A DNA stretch of 64,000 bases. Origin: Heteronotia binoei (Eukaryota). Each line of letters begins with the position of its first letter. The stretch's first letter is position 1. Location of the stretch: contig NC_083243.1 of assembly GCF_032191835.1 (NCBI RefSeq), positions 66,402,001-66,466,000 of the forward strand, written 5' to 3'. Of the stretch, positions 12,060-23,854 are shown piece by piece. A model generated the notes under the pieces. It did no database searches and had not been told where the DNA came from. It saw nothing but the letters and a program-made list of their open reading frames with translations. The position numbers and the translations under genes are program-made.

Positions 12060-14200
12060 AAAAATTCCACGTTACTCTAATTCATTTTCTCACGTCCCGC
12101 AACTGAAGGACGCTTAAGTTGTGCTTCGGGCCCTTTTCTTTACGTTGCTTTTAGCATGTTCTGTCCCTCACGTACGTCTCAACCCTCAAGTACAAAGTAC
12201 AGTAAAAACAACTAGTGGCCATAGCTGGGTTTCTTGAATATTAAGAACACCCTACGTTTATTTACAAGAACGCAATAAGGAGAACGCATGGTTCCCGCAA
12301 AGAAGCACCACTCACAATTCAACAGGGGCGGGACTCCACTATGGTGAAAAAGAAAGACAACGACCCCTTACTCTTTTTTTGGTTTTCCTCACGTCGCGTC
12401 TGATTTGCTCCACCCTACAACCCGAGTTTGACATTATTTCCCTCCGATTGGCTCAAGCGCCCATCTTTCTGCCGAAGCCCGCCTTACTTTTTTTTATTAT
12501 TACACTTTCTCTAACTGCCCCCCCCCCCTTCAGCTTTCTCTCACGCCCCCACACCTTCAACTGTTTGGGTTTCGAGAGTGTCGGTGAGGCAGCTCGAGAG
12601 CGAGCTGCCATTTCCCTCAGAACCCGAGCCACGAGCTCCTGAGTGTTTTGTGCTGTGTGTTTGAGAGAAAAAAAGAACCAAGCGGCTCGGCGGCAACTCC
12701 TGATTGACTTTAGCCCGGCAACGCGCCACAGAGAGGCTCGTAAACGGGGCGGGGGGGGGGGGGAGAATGAGAACGCGAAAGCAGCAGCAGCCCTCCTCCG
12801 TCCAGGCAGCGCTTCTATACCAGCTACAGACGCCCGACTAGAGCAGGGGGAGCGGGAGGGGGGAGACTGAAGGGGGGTGCTGCTGAGGCAAATTCCCTCA
12901 ATCCTTCCCACCACTCGCTCGTGCAGCCACCTACCTAACCTCACTCCACATCTCTCCCTCCCCTCCTCTGCCTGCCTCCCTCCCTCCTCCTCTGCCTCCC
13001 TCACTCATTCCTTCCCCCTCCTTTCCCACTCGCTCTCCCTCCTCTCCTTCCCCCCTCACTCTCTCCTGTCTCACTTTCTTCCCCCCCTTTTCCTCCCTAC
13101 CACTCTCTCTTATTTTCTTTCTTTCCCCCCATCCATCCCACCCCACTTTCCCCTTTCCCCCCTTTTTATTTTTTACCTCAGCTTCTGCTGGCACTGCACT
13201 GCAGCTGCTTCCTTCGTCCTGCCTGCTTTTTCTTTCTCCTCCCAGCCCTCTCTCCACTTTCACGGGTGCCAGATAAATAACTCTCGCGCTCCCCTCCCCC
13301 CGCCCACAAAAAGCAGCATCCTTTGGGGTTTTCATTTCCCAGATTAGCTTGAAATAGAAGGGGGGGGGAAAGCGGGACGAGCCCCCTTTCCTCCTCCCCC
13401 TCCCTGCTCCCCCCCCACCCCTGAAGGGAGAAGCCAGTTATCCTTCCAGCAGCAGCGGCGGCAGCAAACATGATGGCGGCAGCTCCCATCCAGCAGAACG
13501 GGACCCACACCGGGGTGCCCATAGACTTGGACCCGCCGGACTCTCGGAAAAGACCACTTGAAGCTCCCCCTGAAGCCGGCAGCACCAAGAGGACCAACAC
13601 GGGCGGTGGGTATTTCCCCCTCCTCTTCCTCCTTCTCTTCCTCCTCCCAAATCCCACACCCACCTTCCCCTCTCCTACCTGCCCGTTTCTCTTCCTCTCT
13701 CTCCTCGCTTCACCTCACCCGCATTGCCTTTCCCCAAACATTCTTTATTTCTCTAATGTTATCATTCATCAAAATGGCGTCGCTTTTCAAGGATCTAGCA
13801 GTCCAGTTTTATTTTAATTTTTAGATTTTCGTCTTGGCTGGGGGCTGCTCAGTCTTGACCCTCCGGGGCTGCAAAGCCCAGAGCTGCTCTTTCGCCATCC
13901 CCTGTGCTCGCATTTCACAATTGGAGAAACTAAATGGATAAATGGCGGCCGAAAAGAGGCACTTTCCACCAGCCCCCTTTGCTTATGATTGTTTTCTTTT
14001 GTGAGTTGCCAGGTAGACTTTACAAAAGCTTGTCCATTCCTGGCACCGCTTTCCGTTTCAGTGGAAAATGTTGCACAGATTTGTTCTTCCTGGGGCTGGG
14101 TCACGGTGATGGGATGTGTGCGCGCGCGTGTGTGTGTGTCAGAGAGAGGTTTGCGGAGGGAGGGCGGGAGTTGCCTGTCTTAGTGCGGTGACTTGTTAGT
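12060..14200 (+). promoter_or_regulatory. CpG island / promoter region of NOVA1
   Basis: Sharp rise in CpG and GC content around exon 1; GC box GGGGCGGGAC at 12325-12334; reverse CCAAT box CGATTGGCT at 12445-12453; the TSS cannot be determined from sequence. Confidence 0.75.
13470..13605 (+). CDS. NOVA1: NOVA1 coding exon 1 (136 nt)
   Basis: Translates MMAAAPIQQNGTHTGVPIDLDPPDSRKRPLEAPPEAGSTKRTNTG(E), the NOVA1 N-terminus as I recall it, including the KRP NLS; donor G|GTGGGT at 13605/13606, phase 1. Confidence 0.97.
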
Positions 14201-15415
14201 TAACATCCTGCTCTTCCTGGATGAGATGAGTTATAACGGGACCAGCATCTCCTCTATTCATTTGCACTGGAGTCTTCATAACAATGCACCGAGGCAGAGG
14301 TGAATTTATTCATCCAGCATTAACAAACAGCAGAACTAGATAGCTGATGTATTTAACTGTTTGTGTAATGTGTTTGGGGGCACACCTGTGCTAGCTGGGA
14401 CATTGACTCTCAGAGAAAGTGATATGGCTCTGAACCTGTTCCTTTATAAATGCAAACTTCGCTAAAGATGCTATTTTAATCTAAACTATGATGTCCAAAG
14501 TGGGGGTTGTTTTTAATAAAGAGGGCTTAATATGTTTCTGAGGTTTTTTTGTGTTTACATAAAGACCTTTCAGAGCTTGTTCCTCAAAAGGTCCACATCA
14601 TTGATGGCAGTAGACCTGGTGAAGGGAGTACAACTGTTTGATTGTTAAGAAATTCTTGATTCATTCATTCATAGCATTTACCTTCTCAGTTCTGGCTCTG
14701 TATTTTCCTTCCCACTAGCATTGGGCGCAACTTAACACTAGCTGTCACCTTTTAAGTGTATACATGACTTCAGCTTCCTTTCATCTGAGAAAAAAAATCT
14801 TAATGTCCTTTAATTAATGAGCTTAAGAGATCATTGGTATCTAAGAAGTATTGAAGAAATACATCAGGATTACTTAAGCAAATGACTATCTGTGTTGCAC
14901 TGAGGGTTTTTTTCTATAATGAAAATCCCTCTGAACTCGATCTCACCTTTTGGGGGCTATTTGTGGGGAAAATTAATATTCTTATGAGGAATACAGACCA
15001 GTGCCTATTTTCTGATGGTGAAAAATAGCTTTTTGCGATTAACAGTTCTTTCTTTTTTGTAAATAGGTTTGTTCAATTTTAGGGAAAGTTGAAATTGTTG
15101 GCCAAATTTTCATGAAAGCTGTATTCCTTTTTGAAGGCATCAGTTCATCGTATTGTATCATAATAACTAGTGCTGGAATTAGAACAATTTCACACACAAA
15201 ATTAAACTTGAACTGGGTCATCTCTTCCCACAGCGCCACAAAATTAAAGACAGTTTATTAGATTCATCATTTCAGAACAGATATGAAGGTGCTGGTGCAA
15301 CTAGTTATGTATGTTTATGTACTGCTGCTTACACAGTTAAAAGCATATATTTGGAGGCTTGATGAAGAAAGATGTTTCCGGTAGTAATTAATCCTCTATA
15401 TCTCAATTTTTTCAG
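13606..15415 (+). other. NOVA1: NOVA1 intron 1
   Basis: GT at 13606 to ...TCTCAATTTTTTCAG at 15415. Confidence 0.93.
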
Positions 15416-15559
15416 AGGACGGCCAATATTTTCTAAAGGTCCTCATACCTAGTTATGCGGCTGGATCTATAATTGGGAAGGGAGGACAGACAATTGTTCA
15501 GTTGCAGAAAGAGACTGGGGCTACCATCAAGCTCTCTAAATCCAAAGATTTTTACCCAG
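15416..15559 (+). CDS. NOVA1: NOVA1 coding exon 2 (144 nt; first part of KH1)
   Basis: In frame with exon 1: (E)[47 protein letters not shown](G), with the KH GxxG loop GKGG; acceptor TTTTTTCAG|, donor CAG|GTAGGT. Confidence 0.97.
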
Positions 15560-18500
15560 GTAGGTGCAACATTTAGAAGATTTCTTAAATCCCTAGGGTA
15601 ATATATACATATCTCTGTATAATTAAACCGCATACCTTTAGAAATGAACAGTGTTGGCTTGTGATTTCATTCAATTACATTATTAAATAGCAAAATAAAC
15701 AATCAGATGACGTGTGTATGGGGAATATACTGGTTTTGGTATTTTATTTTTAAAATTGATAGGAAGTGATCTCATAGTTATGGGGGGGATCAGGAGGATA
15801 ATGCTATTATGCCTGTAGTTTCTGAGCATTTGGTTCATAGTTCAAGCTATATTTTAAGAAACCAATCTTGACAGCGGGCATTAAGAATTTTTGAAGTTTT
15901 AAAAATTATTGTTATGACAAGTTAATTAAGTAAAACTACAGTGTGTTCTTTATAGAACAGGCCATTTACCTTAAATCCATTATGTTCCTTCTTTCTGCTT
16001 CATTGCTTTGTTTGCTTGCCTTACTGTGGAATAAAGAGACCAAGTGCCTCTCATCAGATGTTTTCCTGATTCTGTGTGTATATTGCAATTATGATAGGAA
16101 AAATCTATTTTAAAAGAATACGTGTAGTTCCGCTTGGAACTAAGAATGAATCCTGTATTCATATACAGGCAACAAAATATTTTAAATTTTATTATATACA
16201 TATAGAAAGGTATATAATTCAAGTATAGTCTTTATGGTGATTTTTAATATACAGATGTAGCATTCTGAATAAGGCTTTTCTGTATTTGTACAGGTACTGA
16301 TTGTCTACTCTAAATTAAAATATGTAGTTTATGCTAGAAGCAGGAATGAAACATTATTGATAAAAATGTGATGCTGCTTTGATTTCGTAATTCTGAATGA
16401 TAGTTGTAGCTCTTCACTGAAATGGCCTACTCCCTTGTCCCCCCAACAGTAAAAAGCAAAACTGCTTTACATTTGTTGATTGTGTTTAGACGACTGAATT
16501 TTTTTTTTGGGGGGGGGAGGAGGAGAATGTGGCATGATTATGATCTGAGCAAGAGTATTTAGGAAGTCACTTTCACCATTCTGTCTTAGATTCAGAAGTG
16601 GGTCCAATTCAGTTTGCCATCATCTTGTGATGTTTCTGCTACAGAGGTAGACAATGTTCACATTACAAGTAATAGATATGAGTTTATGTGTAAAATGCGC
16701 TAGTTTCGTAAATGGTGACTTTTTCTTGAAATAGTGCTTAAAGCATTTATGAGATAACATATATTTTTAAAGGTGTAAATAACATGACGATTGGTATATA
16801 TAGGGTAGTTGACATAATATATAGTTTTGTGAGAGTTTAGAAAACCGTGATTGTAAAAATGGTGACAGAATTACAATTCCAATAGTAAATTGAATTTACA
16901 GACAATAGCGGAACAGGGGGCCCTATTTGAATGTATGATGATGATGGGGGAAGTGGTTGAATATGATGGATAATGCAAATTTAAAATTATGGAGTTTTTT
17001 ATTTAGCGATAGGATGAAAGAAGGCTATAGGCTCTCCCCCCCCCCCCCAGTTCAGACAGAAATTGATACTAAGGTGTTCTTGGACCTTTCAGTCTTACAA
17101 ATACATATTTCAAGTTTTCTCTGAATCTAAATTTAAAAATCAGACAATATACAACATTGTGTTAAGTGTTCAGTGACGTAAATAGGTTCCTCTGAAGGAA
17201 ATGCCAGCATGAAAGAGAACTTGTACAGTTCAACTGTAACAGGTGTAAATTAATCCCCAGTTTAGATACTGAGACCTATTTTATACATCAAGCTATATTA
17301 TTGATCACTTCTTAGCAAGCAAATGGTTTGCACATACATATAACTAGACTGTTACCTGTTAAGACATGAACAGATGTGAGATGGTCACTCTTCATTGGTG
17401 CTAGTTAGTGTTTATGTTTGTCCATGAGCCTGAAGAATTTTTGGAGATCTTCACATTCTTCTGACTGATGGCACTTGGATTTCTTCCTGTCCATATTACC
17501 CCTCCCCCTCAGTCTTAAACTGAACAATGCTAATTTTAGATTAGTTTTAAATTTGTGTAGACATTGATATTTTGTAAATGTAAAATTTCCAGCTAATTGT
17601 AAGAATTAACTCTGGGGCTCTAAACTCAGCATTGTATTTTTATAGTCAGTAGTAGTTAAATGAACATTTTATTGGCAGTTTATGCAGAATAAAGGGGAAA
17701 GTATCATGTTCATACAAATCTTAGCTACAGAAAATTATAACTCTTATATTGGAAGAATCAGCATTAATTATTAATAACAAATAATATTATTTACTTACAT
17801 TTATAGAGAAAACATTGTTTTTCGTTAGTTGGTGTTGAGAAATTTAGCACACATTTTCAGATTAATTTACTTGTGTTAATGCTGTCAAAATGTATTTAAC
17901 TTATACTTTAAAAGAGAATTGACCAGGTATTAAGAAGGAACATTACCTATCTGAACATGTACTTTTTAAAAAGCGTAATCATTAGCTATTTATGCAGCTG
18001 TTTCTCTTCTGTAATTGTTTATAAATAAGAATGTTTATGTAGTTGGGGAACTTTGATGTTGAATGTGCAGTAACACTCCTGGTGGAACAGGGTAACTGCA
18101 GGTGATGGGCTGATTACTTTTTCTTGTTTCCTGTAAAGTACATTAATACTTCCTCCATGCACACAATTTGTGCTTGTGAATTCCACTGAATGTGGTTTTG
18201 AAAACTGCCATCTATGTTTAGTTCCGGACAATGTTTCACTTCAACAAAAATGAATTCATAAGCATTATATGTAGTGCATCTTCATCTAGTAAATACCAGT
18301 GGCTTTTTTTTGGAGGGGGTATTTCTAAAGAAGAAAACTAGTGAGAGAGGAAGTAGAACTCAACAGTTTAACTTTCTGATTTGTAACTTGTTTGATTTTC
18401 ATTCCTGATACATAGGTATGCAGAAGTTTAATTAGTTAATTGAATAACAATTTTATTCTGGAAAATTATATACATAGACATGTTTTTTAGTGTATGTGCA

Positions 18501-21500
18501 CATATGTTTTTTGGGTTTTTTTCCTAAATTATATACATATACATGTTTTTTTAGTGTATGTGCACATATGTTTTTTGGGTTTTTTTCCTGCTTAAGTTCA
18601 AATTCTCAAAATGGTTGAAAGCAGAAACTTAAAGGTTTTACAATGCAGGAAATATCTCAGCCTCATGTAAATTATGAGCCTGTAATACATTATTTGTTAC
18701 CTTCCTACAATTAAAATAATTTAGCCTCTCTCTTTCCTAGTTTATTATAATCTTCCTACTATATCCATTCTTACATTCTTAGGATTTTATTTGTATTGTT
18801 TACACTATAAATATTTAAGTGTGAGTATGTGCCAGTTTGTAGCATGAGATGCCAGAAGATGTGTTGCATTGAGGATGTCATTTATGGAAAAGAGAGAGAA
18901 CATCTCTGAACCTACTATGTTTTAGATTTGTGTGTAGATGTTCTGATGAGAACTTTATCACAGGTTGTGTTGCTGTATATAATGCTAACGTGAATTAAAT
19001 TTGAATTAATTTTTTTTAAAAAAACAATAGTTCTGCCAAACAATTTTTTTGAAAAAATGTGGACCTCCGTTTAGATCTGCAAAGTTTAGTTCATAGCTTT
19101 CTACTTTTAAATACCCAAGTATTGTATACCAGATGTTAGAAGGCATTTTTCTCAATTGCACAGCAGTCATAGTTGTTATTTTTTGTTTTCATTTTTAAAA
19201 TTTGGATCTATTTTAAAGTTCAAACAGAAGTTATAGAAGTCTCATTTCTGTAAAATGGTTAGGTAGTTTTGCTTTTGCTTTGTGGGTATAGCATGTAGTC
19301 TTTTTTATTTGGGAGATGGCTGCAGTCTTCCCATTATAAACACATTGTTTGGCTTTAGAACTTTTAATTTTTATGTGTTTTGTCGCTTGTTGATTTGATT
19401 GATTTCACAGCTGTTGAAGGAAATGTGAAAAGAGAAAATTGTGTTCAAAACTGAATTGCTTATCTTGAATTAAGTGTTATAAAATAATAATACTCTTTAA
19501 TCTATACTTGTTGCACTGGAGGCTACAATTAAAAGAACTCTAGCAACCTGATTCTTTGCAGACATACTCAGAAGTGTATTGAGAAAAATTCCCAGATAAG
19601 TACATAGGATTGTGGTCTTATACCATAGGAAGGGTAAAATAGTCACATTTCAATCACCTGCTGTGGAGCAGTATAACCAGTCAATTTAGACAGTCTTTCC
19701 ATAAGTAGTGCCCTTTGCTGGATGAGAAGTTGCTGCAAGTGAGCCAAGTCACATTCTGTTATTCCAGAATAACTACCATCCAACATGGATAATTTTTTTT
19801 CTTGATGCCAAATATGGTGATTATTCTTCCCCTAAGTATGCAACCCTTCTGCCAAATCACTTTAAGGAAAGCTTAATTAGATGTGATTCTGTGTAACAAA
19901 CACAAGGATGTTACTTCATTTGACATGTGTTTGAGACTAAGGTGTCAATGAGTATATACAGAAAATGTCTACAAGTTGAATACTAGCTGTGCAGTTGTTT
20001 GTCAATATAGTGTTCTGTGTCTTTTGAAGACTACTGTTTAGATTTATTTGACAATAACAGTAAAATGAAAGAAGAATGGACGTCAGAGCTTGAATTTATA
20101 CATTACCTGACTAGTGTACATAAAAATGGTTTATGAATAGTAGTTGTTTTTATGTTGTTGCATGATTAACATCTGGATTTTGCTAGTGCAAGGTACATCT
20201 GCATGAGAAGAATGAGTCATATTAAGAAAGAATCCTTATAAATTAGGCAAAAATAATCTATGGCTGGCTTTCAGTTTCAGCATTTAAAACTGCCACATAA
20301 CTTTCCAGTGGTGAGAAAAAACTGACGGTTCAATGACACAACCATAATTTACAAAATGAAAACATTGCAAACAATTTTTAAAAAATGAAATGCTATTTGG
20401 AAAGGGAGCGCTGTTCCTGAACTTAATTACACCAGTAGCATTTTTCTTTAATAGTAGAATTTTAGATACCTTAGTAATATGGATGTAATTTCTGTTACAA
20501 TTAGAATCCTTCAAGATAGTCTTATGCAACTTAATGCCTCTGTTCTAATTTTTTTTTTAAAAAAACTTCGGCTTTAAGAGGGTGATAGAAATAAGTGACT
20601 CTTATTTTGATAAAGAATTTCTCCTTCTGGTGATTAATTTTCCAACAAAATAGGTCTTAAAGAATTTGTTAAAACTAGTCTTTCAGTTTAATGTAATTGC
20701 GCTAGGAAGGATTTTTGTATTGATGGATTGCGTCTGTATTGTCAGACTGCAGATTGTGAAAGCAGACATTGTGAAGGTTGGGGTTAAAAGGAGGGCTTTC
20801 CCCCCGATTGCCATCTCATTTCCATCTTTGGACATAGCTCCACTTTAACTTAACACAACATCTGTAGAGGTCTAACTGACAAACATCTCTCTGGGACTCA
20901 TCATTGCAGTTTGCAGCAGGTGCAGTTGGCGTAGCAGCCCTTCTCTAGAAGAGGTTAGTTTGTTTTTAACATTTATCAGTAGTCCAGAGGGAATGAATGA
21001 CTGGTAGAGACTATGAAGGTTGTCAGTTGTCCAGTGCTGGAATGCTGCAGGTAATTGGGCTGGACTGGTGGGAACTGTGGCAGTGTGCTTCTCACGTTGC
21101 ACTGCAGCTGCTGTTGATCTTAATTAATCTGACCCTTGAAGGCTGCAGTGTCATAGCATAAAATGCACCACATACTACAAATGGATAAGCTATTTTTTCC
21201 TACTGCTCTTGGTGAATACTTTACAAAGATTTAAACTGATTGATATTGTATGCAAATGAATAGATAGGCTGAAAAACCAAGTTGGGTAGAAGCTTGAGGA
21301 AATACTTACTGAATGTTGTAAGGTGTTTTTACAGCCTATATGATGTGATCACCCTCTTAGGCTTTATTCTTAATGTACTGTAGGGCCTGCTTCAGTCAAA
21401 ATATTTTGCATTAGTCATTAATTCTGAATACCCCGAACACAAGATAATATTATGTGTTTACAGAAATATTGGTTTTAGTTCTTTATAGAAGTGTAACATG

Positions 21501-23418
21501 TGTTAATTCTGTTTTTATATGTTGTAATTATGGAGTTATCTTGGTCAATTTTACTACAAATCTCTGCAGGCTTGTTTAAAACTAGCTTTGTTCATTACTT
21601 TAATTGATAGTGACTTCTGCCTCTGTTTTGAAAAATTACATTTATTCTGTATACTGGTCAAATATCAACGTTAAGGATGTTTAACATTCTTCTTTTATGG
21701 AGGATATCTAAGCAGTTTTTGTTTACTTACACATTGATATAATTGTTAGAAATTATTGTTTATATTGTGCTGTACTGTTCTGTGCTTTGGAATCTAAATA
21801 TGTAAATAATGCCAGGTTTAGAAATGTGCACAGTGCACACTTTGAATCGCAGGGTAATAAGAATCGACGTAATTATTTTGATCTCTTAGGTTTCGGTATA
21901 CATTGAAGGCAAATATATGTTAACTTTTTAAACTGGGTAGATTTACCTGGCTCATTTGGTATTTGTTTTAACACTTCAGTTACTCAGTTCATCTTCACAT
22001 GATTGTATGACATAATTGTACATGGAAAACAAAGCACAATCGCATAAACTTCATTTAAGACTTATGTTTAAAATTTACAGTAGTATATTTTTTAGTTATG
22101 AGTATGTGTTCCTTTTTACTTTGAGGACATATAAAAACATATTCTTCATAATTATTACCCTCGCCATAATTATTCCCTATTTCCTTCCCTGCTCATGTGC
22201 ATTGTCACAGACAGACAGTGTTCTCTGAAAAATAATTCTCATTCTTTTAGAAAATGGCTTAAAAAGATGGAATCACTATAATAATGTTATTACTTTATCG
22301 CTGCAAAATAATCTTCAGCCATGTATTTGTTCACATCATCTTCTGTTGCCAGCCAGTAACTTGGAAAAAGAATTGATCTGTCATCCTGGTCAGTTTGACT
22401 TCTGTTTGAAGTCTGCAGTATCTATGCTAATGTTTAGTTTTTAATAAGGTGGTATCTGTTGGGGGTTTAATGTAAAAAAATAATAACTTGCCTTGGAAGC
22501 ACAGACGCTTTATGCAGTATCCCCTATCTTCCATGTTTGCCGGTTAAACAAGTTAACATTCAAACAAATCACAAAGGTGATCTGACTCCAATATTGGGTT
22601 AAAAAGAAAGAAATTTTACTTGCAAAAATAGAAGCACACCATATACATGACATATTCACGTGGGTACATTTAACTTATTGTGAACAGATGAACTCTGTTG
22701 TGATTTGCCTTGTGATAAGGTAGACTAGCAATTAACATAAATAAACTTCAAAAAAGTTAACTTGCTACAGCTCCAAGCCCAGGTAAGAGAGGAAAGGTTC
22801 TATCATCGTAATTATTCTTAAATGGTAGTGGCCAGATAGAGCTCTCTCATTGGCTGATGGGTGCACTCAACAAACCATTGGCCCATGCGTCAGTCACCAC
22901 CTCTGGGTTCCCATTGGCTGACTCCCCTGTCCCCTGCTTTCTGCAGTCCCAGAAACACTGAACAAACTGCCGAAACAGTCTTACCTCAGAGACAGAAACA
23001 TCGCCAATGCTTCTCTGTGTCCTCTCCATCAACTGACCTCTGAAAGGGCTGCATCTCTACTGTGGCCTCAGGAAGTGTTTCCTCAGAGGCTGTTCTTCAG
23101 ATCTGTCTCTTGATAGAGGCTTGGTCAGGATGTTGGCCACCACATCTCTTCTGTTGAACAGTACTCCATCTCTATTATGCCCTTCTCAGTTAGGACATGC
23201 CCTGAACCTTCAGTGTGCTTAGTGCGTTTTTCTGATTGAGAAATCTTAATGCATTTCTGGTTGTCTTAATTGACTTTTGTTCATCGGCTCCAAAGTCCTT
23301 TAGTAACAGCTCAAGCTACAATTCTGTTCATGGTTCAGCAGATACTTTATATTCAGATTCTGTGGAAGGCAGACTTACTATAGTTTGTTTTCTACTGGCC
23401 CAGGAGATTAGTCCACCT

Positions 23419-23566
23419 CAGCAGTCATTTTGTAGAAAAATAGGTGGTGGAGCTCATCCAGGGATTGTTATGCAGCTGCACATACTATTCAATGGACAAG
23501 GAGGTGGAACTCTCAAAAAGGTGCAGGAGCTGCGTTCCTGTGAGCTCCCACTGAATCTGAGGCCTG
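23419..23566. mobile_element. hAT-type MITE inserted at the Copia RT/RNase H junction
   Basis: Ends GCTCCCACTGAATCTGAGGCCTG; TSD GTCCACCT / GTCTACCT; Copia coding sequence resumes on both sides. Confidence 0.75.
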
Positions 23567-23854
23567 GTCTACCTCCATATGGAAAAAAGTACCCACTTGT
23601 GGATTTATAGTCTAAGCTGTTTTCTGCTCAGTCTGCATCTTTGTAACCAAGTAATTTTGGACTACTGGTAGATGAAACTTTTGGTTTCAGATCTAAAGTT
23701 CCTTTTAGATATTTAGCCACCCTTTTCTACTGTAACCCATTCTTTCTTGCTATGTGCACTTTTCTTTCTATTAAGGATCCTAGCACTGGTTGCATTATCT
23801 GGTCTGCTAGTGGTGCTTCGGAATAGAAGTTTTACTCTGACATTTCTGTACTGG

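Noticed and set aside
13606-13817. Extension of ORF 13470-13817 past TNTG
   Set aside because: Intron read-through; the donor at 13606 joins in frame to exon 2
12379-13824. Long overlapping ORFs around the promoter (12453-13004, 12877-13347, 12931-13335, 13178-13663)
   Set aside because: Low-complexity products of GC-rich and polypyrimidine sequence; no domain motifs. Only the NOVA1 frame has splice sites and homology support
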